A stretch of DNA of 63,995 nt, filler included, from Aduncisulcus paluster (taxonomy: Eukaryota): NCBI GenBank assembly GCA_024181965.1. It is 5 parts of 5 records of this genome, joined end to end, with 100 filler letters (N's around TTAATTAATTAA, not from the genome) between each part and the next. Parts side by side here need not be neighbours in the genome. Positions count along the whole stretch, not along the records: positions 26,947 to 48,273 come from BQXS01009686.1; positions 48,374 to 57,986 come from BQXS01009690.1; 3 more parts are not named here. One strand, 5' to 3'. Shown here piece by piece: positions 35,406-48,374 of this stretch. The translations under genes and the position numbers were made by a program. The notes under the pieces were generated by a model. It saw only the letters and a list, made by a program, of their open reading frames with translations. It had not been told where the DNA came from and ran no database searches. How positions within the stretch are numbered: position 1 is the first letter of the stretch; the number at the start of each line of letters is the position of its first letter.

Positions 35406-35728
35406 TTTTTCATAGAAAAACCTTCAATCATGATTTCATTCAAATCTAGACGATAATATCATCTATAAAGATCATTTTCAGACTAATAAATATAATGAGA
35501 GGAAAAGAATTATATTTATCTTCATGAATTAGTTTTATTTACGCGGTAAAATACATTTTTTTTAATCTTTGATTTTAGTTGTGTATTAATAAAATATAAT
35601 TAAATTTATGGAGTATTAAATTTATGTGGATACAATTTTTAGCATTCAAAAAAGCCTAGAAACGATCTCGACAAGATTAATCTTGTTTTTTGTGTTTGTT
35701 TGTTTGATCGATTTATTGTTTTTGCCAT

Positions 35729-38700
35729 ATGATTAATTGTGATAAATTTACATTAGAAAGGGCAAACGAATTGTTAGAAGCTCTTCAACTGGCCTCTGTT
35801 GAAAGACGGGGCCAGCGAGTATTTCAGACCCTCCCCCCTCATAGGCGAAGAAGAGCTGCTTCTTTCAATACGTTTAGAATTCCTAGAAAACAACGTGCCG
35901 CTGCAGTATTACAGAATAAGGCTTCATTGGAGCATGCAATTGCGGCTACTGAGCGATTGGGTAAGAAAGGGAAACCTTCTCAACAATCCGCTCCAAAAAA
36001 GTCTAGAAAAGTTAGAAGAATACCCACCAAACTTGTTACATCAACGAGAAGGCTTGAACATAAAACTGGAAAATTGTTAGAGACCCATATGTTCTATAGC
36101 AAGCGATTCCACATGGAATCCGAGAATGGTTATATTATTCCTAAGCAAAGTACTGGATATGGGAGACGTGCAGACTATAGATTTTTTGTTAAGAAATGTG
36201 TTTGCATGGATAATAGTAATTATAGTTTCTTATCTGTTTCTGGAAGTCTAGAAAAAGTCCACAACGTTTTAAAATCGTTATTTGGAATTTGCCTTGATAC
36301 CTTTTCAATTGATACGTTATTCGGACGTGAATATCATGGACTTTACAAGAGACAACCAATTTGGGTTCTTTTTTATTCTTCTCGCAAAGAATCTACCGAT
36401 ATCACAAGAACTCGCGTTGATGATTTGGGGACAGTTAATGCTCTGATTACATTCCATCCCAGTATCTCGAGAAATGATCTAATCGATATTTTGAGAGGCA
36501 AAGAAGAAGTAGAATGCCACGATTTGACTGATAAATTATGCATGTTCACCGTAATGGGTAAGCGTGCTCTCGAGTGTGTCCATGAATGCATAAAACCTCT
36601 CCCACAAATCCCTCCTTCTCTTGCAAAATACAAACATGACGAGACAATCTCCAATTTCAAAAATAGTCTTTCTGAGAAACGTTGGCGTGATGTTCGTTAT
36701 GTCATTTCCAACGGTCATCCCATTCCTCTTCGATTTGACATCAGATTCATGGATCCACGTCTATTGCGAACCCCATTGCCTTCAATACAACCCAATCCGC
36801 GCGAATATAGAGCGTTCAAACTGGCATCTCTATCCAAAGTCCTCTCTTGTTATGATACTTCTTCTGGCACATCCACGTCACTTGCTGATGCATGGACAAG
36901 TGTGCAAGACTCGGCTTCTCGGACGTTGACTGAGCTTAAGCGAAGAGACAGAGTATGGTGGCGTGGCTCAATTCTTCGAGAAAGCATTTCACGTGGAAAA
37001 ACACAAGAGAAGAGAGAAGAAGAGAGAGAAGAAGAGATGGTCAAATTACCATATTATCTCTCTTGCATGGTTAACGTGGATGATCATGAAAATATGCGGG
37101 TCCATAAGGAACCTCTTGTCGAATTGCATAAACGTCGACGTTCTGAAGGAGTAAGTGGAGAAATATGTGTAGAATCCTTGGCCATGATGGGGTCTCAAGA
37201 TGGAGAAGAGAAAGAGAAAGAGAAAGAGAAAGAGAAAGAGAAAGGAGCAAATGTTGCTTCATTAAGTCTTTTGCCTCTTCCACAAGCTTATCGTGAATGC
37301 TATAGTCCCTGTGCCACCATAACCTTAAACCGAATGCGTATGTCTGTTGAAAAAAGATGCCAAAAAACCATGGGAAAAGAGGAAGAAGATGAGAGGGAAG
37401 GAAATGCTGAGAGTCAAGAAATGTATCAAGAAAAGCTCCACGAATATGAGATGGTCCGGATTATTCTTCCATGTGGGTTCAGCCGTGATGTCCTTGAAAG
37501 ATTAGTGTTCCTTGGTGTCAAACCTATTGGATATCAATCCATTNNNNNNNNNNNNNNNNNNNNCTTCCACAAGCTTATCGTGAATGCTATAGTCCCTGTG
37601 CCACCATAACCTTAAACCGAATGCGTATGTCTGTTGAAAAAAGATGCCAAAAAACCATGGGAAAAGAGGAAGAAGATGAGAGGGAAGGAAATGCTGAGAG
37701 TCAAGAAATGTATCAAGAAAAGCTCCACGAATATGAGATGGTCCGGATTATTCTTCCATGTGGGTTCAGCCGTGATGTCCTTGAAAGATTAGTGTTCCTT
37801 GGTGTCAAACCTATTGGATATCAATCCATTGTTCATCTTGCACTCACGTTCCATCCATTGCTTCCGTATTCTTTCCCTTATCTTCCCTCTTGCTCTCCTC
37901 CTCTCTCTCCTCCTCTCTCTCCTCCCCTTTCTCTTCCTCTCTCTCCTGCCATGTGTGTGCAAATACTTCGTAACCATCTTGAATATCTGAGACCTGCTCT
38001 TTTAACTCCGAGGAGTAAGTTGGGTGGTAAGAATATCAATGTTTTGTTTGACATTGGAGGTAATTATATTAATATGCTTGATGATACTCATCCTTCTCAA
38101 TGTTCTATTTTAAGGTCTATTCCTGAGATTGTAAAAGGAATCAACATACCCATATCCTTAATATACCTATGTGGTTGTGTTTGGTTGAATGGAAAAGAAA
38201 GAGAACGAGAGAGAGAGAGGAGAGGAAGAAACTCGTGTTGGAAACTATTGATGTCATAGGGAAGTTTATATCTCGTCATGGATTAGGAATTGAAAGAGTC
38301 GGAATGTCTCATTGTTTGGAAGAGAAGAAAGAGAAGAAGAAAAGGAGAAGAAAGGAGATTATTGATTGGATATTTGGATTTGAAGAAGAAGAAGAAGAAG
38401 AAGAAGAAGGAGAAGAAGAAGAAGAAGGAGAAGAAGAGAAGGAAGAAAAACAAACAAATGATCAACTTGTGCAAACTATTATTGATTTTTATGAAAATAA
38501 CACTGAATACATTTCTTCCGTAATTTCTCAATGGTCCATTTGTCTTGTTAGTACTAAGAGTGGTGTCGTTTCAAAAGGAGATCGCTTGTACGTGGAAGGG
38601 GAAGGATCACTCGAAATATGCATTGGATGTGTGTTGCAAGGATGTATTTCCTATTTAACTTCAAAGGGGACTGGAATTGTTTGGATTCATTCAAAATACT

Positions 38701-38795
38701 GCAAGGAAGGTCAAACATTAGTCGTAAAACGAGAGATTGGTTCAACTGAAAAATGCTATGTGGGACGTTTGAAGGAATTATCATTTACAAAATAA
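35729..38795 (+). CDS. POP1: RNase P/MRP protein subunit POP1 (gap duplication plus one frameshift or unrecognised intron near 38.0-38.25 kb)
   Basis: FQTLPPHRRRRAASFNTFRIP and LETHMFYSKRFHM (POP1 N-domain); IILPCGF; C-terminal IGCVLQGCISYLTSKGTGIV in ORF 38169-38795. 37277-37543 is duplicated at 37564-37830. Confidence 0.85.
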
Positions 38796-39242
38796 TGTTG
38801 TTTATTTTACTGGTATGGGAGGCAGGGGACATCAATCTTTTCCCACCATTACCTGCTCGTGCTCTTTCCCCTTTCTGAGGTTATGAGCCTTCTTATTACG
38901 TCACCTACATCTATGACATCAATAAAATAATCCTATTTCTGAGATATCCATTGTCAGAACTGCCACACGGCTATTGAATAAAGAGCTTTACTATAATCTC
39001 ACTTTGAGATGACTCAATACGGCTTTGGTATATATTTTACATTGTTTTGAAACACAAGAAATCCAAATAAAAATACGTATTACTGAGGATGAAAAGAAGA
39101 CAAAGAGAAATATAAATGATCTATAACAACAAAGAGGAGCAATATTCATGATTATCACATGGATAAGCGATATGATGAGTTAATGATCAAATGATGATTG
39201 ATATAAGACCTACAACCAATGAAGAAAAAGACATCAACACTT

Positions 39243-41772
39243 CTACTCTGGAACCATACCATTCTCAGCCATTTGAGTAAGAACCCAAATAATGAGCATG
39301 AATAAGGTCATGAAGGTGATGATAATGACCGCAACGTCCATAAGCATCATGATGAGGGCAAGAAGAGGGAAGCAGATTGTGAGTAAATAAACCGGAACGC
39401 TCTCACAATTCTCAATCATATTAAGGAAAATACAAACAGAAATAGTATCATAAACTGGGGATAAATACACAGAAACGCCATAGAAGATGGCTCCGAAGAA
39501 TCCCATCTTATCGTGAGGTCTAAAGACAAAGTCAAAGCCGGCAACGAAGACTCCAATGTAAATAGCGAAGGAGAGAACAATAGTAATAACAATTCTGACA
39601 AAGGTTACCCATCCTCCCTTGAACTTTCCTTTTTCCCTGGGCCATAAGATCATGATCATCTGAATAATGGCGACACGGAAAGGACTGATACACATCCAAC
39701 CAACGGGGCTCGGAACTCTTTTAATGCTATATGTGTCGTCGTCGTGATATTTGAGACAGCTATTGAGATCGTCATAGAGATCAGCTTGAGTGTAATCCAA
39801 ATCAGCCCATTCATAGTTATCAGCTTCAATACNNNNNNNNNNNNNNNNNNNNAAAGACAAAGTCAAAGCCGGCAACGAAGACTCCAATGTAAATAGCGAA
39901 GGAGAGAACAATAGTAATAACAATTCTGACAAAGGTTACCCATCCTCCCTTGAACTTTCCTTTTTCCCTGGGCCATAAGATCATGATCATCTGAATAATG
40001 GCGACACGGAAAGGACTGATACACATCCAACCAACGGGGCTCGGAACTCTTTTAATGCTATATGTGTCGTCGTCGTCGTGATATTTGAGACAGCTATTGA
40101 GATCGTCATAGAGATCAGCTTGAGTGTAATCCAAATCAGCCCATTCATAGTTATCAGCTTCAATACGATCGTAGAAAGCCCATACGAAATCAGCAGCTAA
40201 ACCCTTACTAGCAAGGAAAGAAAGACCAATAGAAATAGTACGGAGTCCCATGTTAAAGATCCAGAGAATCAAGAGACCCCACCAGGGCATAAGGGGAGCA
40301 AGACGAGGCATGAAGAGCAATTGGAAGGCTTGAAGAGCAACACAAGTGAAAGAAAGAGCTAAAGCACCACCAAATTGTGGCCAAATCACAGGATTTCCTT
40401 CATCATCGAGCTTAAACGGTTCAAAGAACAAGAAAATACCAAAGGCCCAAGGAATAAGTGAGAATATAATACCAATGATACCAGTGGCCATTTCTTCTGT
40501 CAAACACTTGTAGTCACTTGAGAAAGAAGGACAATCCCAGTCGAACTTGAGGTAATCGACCATGGCAGCACCAAATCCACCCTTAAAAGAGAGCTCGTTG
40601 GCACCAAACTTGCAAACATACTCAACTTCAGACTCTGTAATAACACGATCAGTGACAGCAGTAACAGATTCAGGGGGCATCTCGATCTTGATCATCAGCT
40701 TCATCTGAGTCATGATGGGAGTGAATTTCTTCAGGTTACGGACAGATGTAACGAAAGATTGGTAAGAAGAGGCATCAACTCCAAGCTTAGGGGCGTAAGG
40801 GAAGAGGTACTTGATGAGACCAACAAGAGTTTGTTGTTGAAGACCAAGACGGATAGCCATATCAATTCCGTTAACAAAGAACTCAAAGAGAGCGTGGTTC
40901 TGTTGTTCGGGATTGGCCATTTGAGGATGTTCACGAATAAGGAATCTGAAAGGACCTCCTTGACTACCTTCTTTGTTGAGGTCGTGGAGATCTCTGGGAT
41001 GGATGGAAGGACGGCTGTTGAACATGGCACCAATAGACCTATGGGTGATGAAAACATCTTCAGTGCTCAAAAGAGCAGGGGCAAAGACTCCCTTCTTCCT
41101 CACCATAGAACGAACAAGATGACAGAGAGAGGTGAGGAAGTAATTTCCAAGTTCGGGGGAAGTCTTTCCTCCAGCAGCAAAGTAATGCTCAAGGGTACCA
41201 CCATAAGTGTAGTTGAAGTAATTTCCACCTTCAGAACTGGGATCTCCACCAGGAACAACACCAGCACCCTCGGCAGTTCCAGAGGGCATTTGTTTGGCCT
41301 CAGGACGTTTGTTGAAGATCCTCTTGTAGTTTTTCAAGGTAAATCCAAAGGAAGCAGGGGCAATCATGAGAGGAATAAGAGGTTTCATGTAGGGCTGAAC
41401 GGCATTACCTCTGATGTAGAACTGATTCTCACTTTGAACCCAAACTAACTGGTTTCCATTTCTAAACTGTTGCACCGTGGTATCAACAGCAGGAACACGG
41501 ACATTCTCAGACAGCTTAGCTTTGATGTTAAGCTTGTCCATCCATTGCCAAAGGAAATACTTGTAAAAGGCGGATTGTCTGCCAAGTTTAGGACTTCCAC
41601 AGGTAACAATTTTTTGGACAGTTTCGTTTTTAAGGAGGGAAAGAAGAGACATACGATCCTGCTTCCCAGCTTGTTTCGCAATCCGGAAAAATGAACCATC
41701 TTGACTACCAACCACTTGACTGACTGCGTTTTTCTGTTTACGCGGCCCTTGGGAGTAATCTATAGTTGACAT
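39243..41772 (-). CDS. Orphan multi-pass membrane protein (~732 aa after removing the gap duplication)
   Basis: Soluble N-terminal region of about 425 aa followed by roughly 7-9 hydrophobic helices. Strong codon bias. 39522-39832 is duplicated at 39853-40166. Confidence 0.75.
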
Positions 41773-42407
41773 AGTATAAGTTGTGACGAAATATTAAATT
41801 TTTTTGGCGAGAACTTGAAGGGATATAAATAGATGTATTCAGAGTTTATGCAAACTCAAATATGAAGGAGAAAATAAAAAGGAAACGCATAATATTTGAT
41901 AAAATTTTTATTTTTACTAGTTGCATTGTCACATACGGCACAGAAAAAGAGATTTTCCCAGAGATTCAAATTTCATCTCAGAAATAAAGTTTATTTTACA
42001 AAAAGTTTCTTAAATAATGAAAAAAAAAAAAAAAAATAAATACAAATAATCGTTGGGAACCCCCCCTATTTTTAAGAATGTGGAACAGGATAGAAAGAGC
42101 CTCTTTGCCCCTCAGGGGCAAAAAGGAGCACTGCTTTAATGGGCAATTACAATAAAATAAATAAGACTTACGCCTCCCCCGGGTTAGCTACCCCAAGGAG
42201 AGTGCTTTTTGGTCACGATGTTGACAAATATCAGACTTAAAAATGGCAACCTCAGAGTCTTTATCCTGAGGTTGACAAAGTTGTTATGAAGCTCAAGTCG
42301 AAAGATCGCAAGGATGGAGTTTCCTTTAGTGATCATTTTAAGGTTACAAACAACTCCAGTGTTTATTCATTTACAGTTACTGTAAATTGCCTACCGCAAC
42401 TGCATCT

Positions 42408-45400
42408 CTATTGGAGAGAAGCAAAACTTCCACTCATTTTCCATACTACATGTGAAGAATCTGAAACATCCAAATCCTCACACACTTCTTCTTTTCCCAT
42501 TGGACGAACAGGAATAAATATTTCACCGACTGTAATTTCCCTCGCTCTTGATATGTAAACTGGTAATGGATATCCAGAAATCTTAGCCTTTGTATCCTTT
42601 CTCATGAAAAATAATTTAACATCTTTCATCAAATCCCCACCTTCCCCAAGAACAATGGATCCTCCTTCACTCTTACACCCAATAAGAATGAAAGAATTTA
42701 CCAGGGATAAAATGGGGGCTAATGAGGAATAACGTTCTTGGATTTTCTCGGCTTCTTTCTCGAGAAGAGGATGAAAGAGGCAGGCCTGAACATTGTCGAG
42801 TGGTTCATGCATCAGTCTAGCTGCTCTTTGCACCATAGCATCAATGAACCCTCGTGGATGTGGTAATGATGCCAAGCAGAATGATGAAGGATTCTTATCA
42901 CGAGCTATATTACAAATATTAAGGATGCATTTTCCAAGAGTATGGATAAATGAGGCGGGAGATAAAACAGGCACATGTAACGGAACAGATGTGTCTCCTT
43001 GCTCAACAACGGGTGGTTGAGGCCATAATTTCACCCATTCTTTTGGAACAGACCCTTCAGATAAGCAAGTAAATACAATATGGGCACGACCTTCCTGTTG
43101 CTCCTCATTGTCCGATCCTTGACTACTTCCTGAAGCACCAGGTGAAGAAGAAGCAAGCGAGGAAGCTTCGGAGGAGGAAACAGAGGAAAGGATATCATTC
43201 TTGATGGCGTATACATTCATAATGACCTTCACATCTTTGAATATTTGAGAGTAAATCCCATAGAGATATGTCAATTCAGAGTGGGCAAAGGACATTAAAG
43301 GGTCCACAATGTTTTCTTTCTGACAAAGTCGCATCAAAATACTATCAACCTTGACTTTTGACAAGAGACTGTGAACAGAAGCAAGTCGGGCAACAACAGC
43401 CCGACATTTTCTAATCCCTTCACCAGTGCCCTTCATAGCACTTCCAAATCCACCACCACCAACATATTTTACAGCCCGTTCGGCAACATTTCCCTTCATT
43501 CCCCGCTCTGTGTGAGGTGGGAGAGATAAAACATGGATTGGATTATATCTGTGAGTAATGGAAGAGTAGTATCTTTGAGACCCATCATATCCATACTTGC
43601 TGAGAGTTGTGGAAGGAGGAGGTTTCGATAAGAACGTCAAGGCGTATGGAGAAGAGTCAGAGGCTTTGGAACCGATAACAGAAGACACGGCATCACTAAT
43701 TGAACTATCTCTCAATACAACAGAAATGAGATACTTAAGCACTAACATATCATTGCGATCATCAAGTTTTGAGCCAAAAATAGTATGCAAAAGATATTGT
43801 CTCAAATTCTTCAAACGGATTTCACCCTTCCCCTCCTTTTCTATTTCGTTGAAATAAAGAAGACTTAGTTTGCAAGCAGAAATTAAATCAACATTTCCAT
43901 AATCGTAATTCTTTCTCCATCCAAGTGGTAAGAAACGCGTTCTTTCCATAACAACACTAAACAGCACACAAATCAAGGAACATATTTGTGGAAGGATTGT
44001 TGCAGAAAGAGCATTGGGATTGCTCAGTTCTTCATCCATATTTGATGTCCACACTTCGCTAATGGTACTATCGATCACACTCAAAGACCTAGAAATGGCA
44101 TGTTGCACACCAGGAGGAGGGGATAAATGAACGCATATACAATGTGAGAGAACTTCATGGTTCACAGAACAACTCTCAGTGGTAATGACAAATCTGAAAG
44201 GGAGTTGTTGCATGATTTGATACCTCAATTCAACATCAACAACCCGATCAGTCCCCTTATCTCCAAGTGTAAAACCTCCACTTCCACCCTTTTCCATGGA
44301 TCTTCTCTCTACCTCCTTATCAACTTCTTCCTTCACAACCTTGACCACTCTCACCAAAGCAACGTCATCCATCAAATGTGCACCACGCAACCACAGAATA
44401 GCCCCCTCACGTACACTACGTCTAATGCCCCCATTGATCAGCTTGTCGACACTCTGTTGTTGTGAGGATACTACAACAAGAGGAATAGAATTACCAGAAG
44501 ACATACTAGACAGCTCAGCTTGTGGGGAAGCTCCGGATGATAGAGAGAGTAGGAGAGGTGTGTCTGGTGCTGAAGCCAAAGGAGGGAGAGATATCATCTT
44601 TTGTTCATGTCTTCTCTTGGAATTTGTCAAGAGTAATTGATCACATTTCCAAACACCAATTCCAAGTTCTTTCTCAAAATCAATTTCGTCATCACATAGC
44701 ATCTCGACAAACACATCCAATTTATCGGGCCTTAGCCATCTAAGCAAAACAAGCATCAATCCTGGATATCTCCGAAGAATGCCATGACATTGAGTGGGAG
44801 TATTTTCAAGGATATGGGCATCTTCGCTCTCATACCAACCGTGCCAGAGAGGGGAAGATAATGAAAGAGCAGATAAAATACTCTTTGGAAGCAAAGATAG
44901 AGCTTCGGAAAGGGATGTAAGAAGTTGGGAAGGAGCCCATGTGAATGCAGAAAGAGCAGATGCCATATTGCTTGCTCCAGATGACACAGATGAAGTAGGA
45001 GAAGTGATTGATGGAGAACTAGGCATTCCAGAATCACTTTCTTCGCACAAACATCTCCATAAAATATTCTTCTCTTCCTCTTCGGCAACAGAAAACAGTT
45101 GAGGCTTACAATTCCTCAATAACATCAATCTTACACTTAACAAATCACGAGTTTGTGTGCACCGCTCCACCCACACACGAACAGCGCATGATAGGTGTTT
45201 CTGAGGATTGGAAGAAGAGAGACATTCAGAGAATAGAGAAAGGAATGATGGGAATGGGAATACGTGTAAAGGAGAGAGAGAGGAAAGGGACGACAAACAC
45301 ATGTACAGTTCAGCAGCGAATTGAGCAAGCGGACGATACTTATCTTTTCCTTTTTCAAGTTGTAGTTTCACTTGTTCACTTTCTTCTTGAACCTTTTCAA

Positions 45401-48273
45401 CCTGGAGAACCCTTTCCTTAACAGTGTCCAATGTTGATACAAGACTCAAATTATCCAACAGAGATCCCTTCGTATTCTGGAGAACTTCTAAGAGCTGGAG
45501 TTCCAGAGATTCAAGGAGAGCAGACCGTTCTTGCTGTTCCTCGGTTGTTTTCTGCAGCTTTTCATTAATATCTGGACTCTTGATACTCACAGCCCTATCA
45601 ACAAGTCGTCCAGTCACCCCGCTTTGCGACACTGAGAAGAGATAAACTCCACACATGCATGTAACAGCCCTGGGAAGCTTCATGAAGGCATCCATATTCT
45701 TAGTGACAATCACAAGACGGAAAGATTGATCAACAATGGTCATTCTTCCACCAATCATGACACCACCTTCGCACACAATGCTCTGTGTATTCAGAGAGGA
45801 TGTGTAAATTGCTCCACAATGGTATAATATGGGAAGCAACACGGTTGGAAATGTGTCAGAATCGATATTAACAAGCAATATCTTTCCAAATCTAACAGCC
45901 AACTCAACAATACGAATGAATTGCTCGCGTTGTTGAGGATTTCCTTGCTCATCACTACTACTGACCTCCACCATATCACCCTCACAGGATTCAAGCGTTG
46001 TTCTTAAGAAAGGAACAGCACTAAGGGAAGGATCAACGACACATGCCACACGTTGGAGAAGGTGGGGAAGTTGGACAGAAGAGTCTACAAGCGATTGGAG
46101 CAAATCTGATGACTTATGGGGTCCATCAGGAAGTACATGAGGTATAAGACTGAATACACCTGTTCTTATGAATTGAGGAAGACCAAGAGATGTCAAAGTA
46201 CGGTATGATGAGGTGGAATATGACCATTCGGAGAGAGTTTCTGCAAGGAAAGATGACTCAACGCTATCCATTCCAAATATAGATTTTTCAATAACCAGAC
46301 ACCACCTTTGAAGAAGAGAATCACGCATTTGTTGAGGAATAGAAGTGAGGAAAATATCATAGCAAGAGCACATGCTTCCATAAAGGGAAAGCTTCATCAA
46401 ACGTTTCGATGATCGTTCAGCTTGAATTCCCCATCTCTTTTCCTCAGAAGCAAGCTTAGAAAGTAAAGAAGATGCCGATTGCAATTTCTCTTCAACAACT
46501 TTGAGTTCAGCTCTCATTTCAGCAGCCACAGTTGTTTTTTCCTTGAAAGAATTTTGTAATAACTTCTGACGCTTGGTCAACTTATCAAGCTCAACCTCAA
46601 TTTCCCCAAGACGTTGTCTACTGCTCCTCNNNNNNNNNNNNNNNNNNNNTTGTTGAGGAATAGAAGTGAGGAAAATATCATAGCAAGAGCACATGCTTCC
46701 ATAAAGGGAAAGCTTCATCAAACGTTTCGATGATCGTTCAGCTTGAATTCCCCATCTCTTTTCCTCAGAAGCAAGCTTAGAAAGTAAAGAAGATGCCGAT
46801 TGCAATTTCTCTTCAACAACTTTGAGTTCAGCTCTCATTTCAGCAGCCACAGTTGTTTTTTCCTTGAAAGAATTTTGTAATAACTTCTGACGCTTGGTCA
46901 ACTTATCAAGCTCAACCTCAATTTCCCCAAGACGTTGTCTACTGCTCCTCAGAGCCCGTTCGGCCTTCTCACCTTCCTCGCGCAAAGGTTGAACCTTATT
47001 CGAAACCTCAGCAAAATCAACCATTGCAACGACCCAAGCAGCAAGTGGGGCTACTGCTGAACTGACCCGCTCAATCTGTTCTGGATCAAAAGCACTGCTA
47101 TACCGATGAATGATGCCTCTACAACTCGATATCGTACTCGGGCGAATTGAAGCAGCATCTAACGATATCAGAGTCTTTTTCATCCCTGCTTTCGCCAAGA
47201 AACTCTTCATAGTTCCCCAAGTCGTATCCTTATATCCCAACAAACACAAGACTCCTTCAAGGACATTCTGGATGGGTTTTGGTGGCATTTTAAAGGTTCT
47301 GACTTCACTAATCTTTTGATTCGGAATTTCATTAACAGAAGACTTGGCCCGATCGATCATTGGTTGAACCTGGGATAACTCAGCCATGACAGTCTTCACC
47401 CGTTCCTTAATCTTAACTTCTTCTTTTGTCAATGATTCACGAATACTGCCAGCTTCATTCTTCTTGGCAGCAATAACATCGACAGCTTTGGATATTTCAG
47501 CAAGGGCCTCATCAGCTTCCTTCGTCTTTTGCTGCAGATGGTGTCTCTTAACTTTGGCTTGTTGAGATAGCTGTGATACTTCCCGTTTGGCCTCTGTGAG
47601 TTTCTCAATACCCTTGTGATATCTGGTATGAGTGTGGGTAATCGATGTGAATGCAGAGAAGGAGTAGAACAGAGCAAGGGAGAATAAATGAATCAAGTGA
47701 ATAGGGGATGGGAAAGGTGGTAGAGAGGGAAGATTGAGTGGGTAATCAAGAGAAACCAGAGCAGAAGGAATTTGAGATCCGAGAGAGGATGAATCAGAAG
47801 AGGGCAAAAAAATATTGGGACAATGGTGATGCAACAAATCATAAAAGATTGTCATGCAAGAATCCTTGATTTCTGATTTTGAAATTCGTCCCTCAACGAT
47901 CATCTTATTGAAGAGAGTCCGACTTTCCTCAGATTCACAAACACACAATCCGACAGTTCTCCACACATTTTCAAACACGACAGCAACATCCTTTTCATTG
48001 GAGATCCATCCACACCCACCATTTCCACAGGGACATATAAATGAATTCGACAAGAGAGAAGGAAGAGAGAAGAACTTCGAAAATGAAGATGTGACTTCGG
48101 AGGATGAATTATCAGACTCGCCATGGCTCTTATCCAAAACTTTTCTGCGTTTCCTACTTTCAAATTCTTCCTCTTCAGATGGATCACAGATACATACAGC
48201 ACGCACATTGATCAACCTTCGCTGTATGATGGAGATCAATGTATTTCTTTCAACATCAGACCCAACCTCTTCT
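42408..48273 (-). CDS. DYNC2H1: Cytoplasmic dynein 2 (IFT dynein) heavy chain, C-terminal part (stalk/MTBD, AAA5, AAA6, C-domain); 5' truncated
   Basis: ELSQVQPMIDRAKSSV...EVRTFKMPP...VLEGVLCLLGYKDTTWGTMKSFLAK...RVSSAVAPLAAWV, VELAVRFGK, ERTRFLPLGWRKNYDY and FGSKLDD closely follow dynein-2 heavy chain. 46329-46629 is duplicated at 46650-46950. Confidence 0.88.
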
Positions 48274-48373
48274 NNNNNNNNNNNNNNNNNNNNNNNNNNN
48301 NNNNNNNNNNNNNNNNNTTAATTAATTAANNNNNNNNNNNNNNNNNNNNNNNNNNNNNNNNNNNNNNNNNNNN
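48274..48373. other. Artificial scaffold linker
   Basis: N44-TTAATTAATTAA-N44. Confidence 0.98.
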
Positions 48374-48374
48374 G

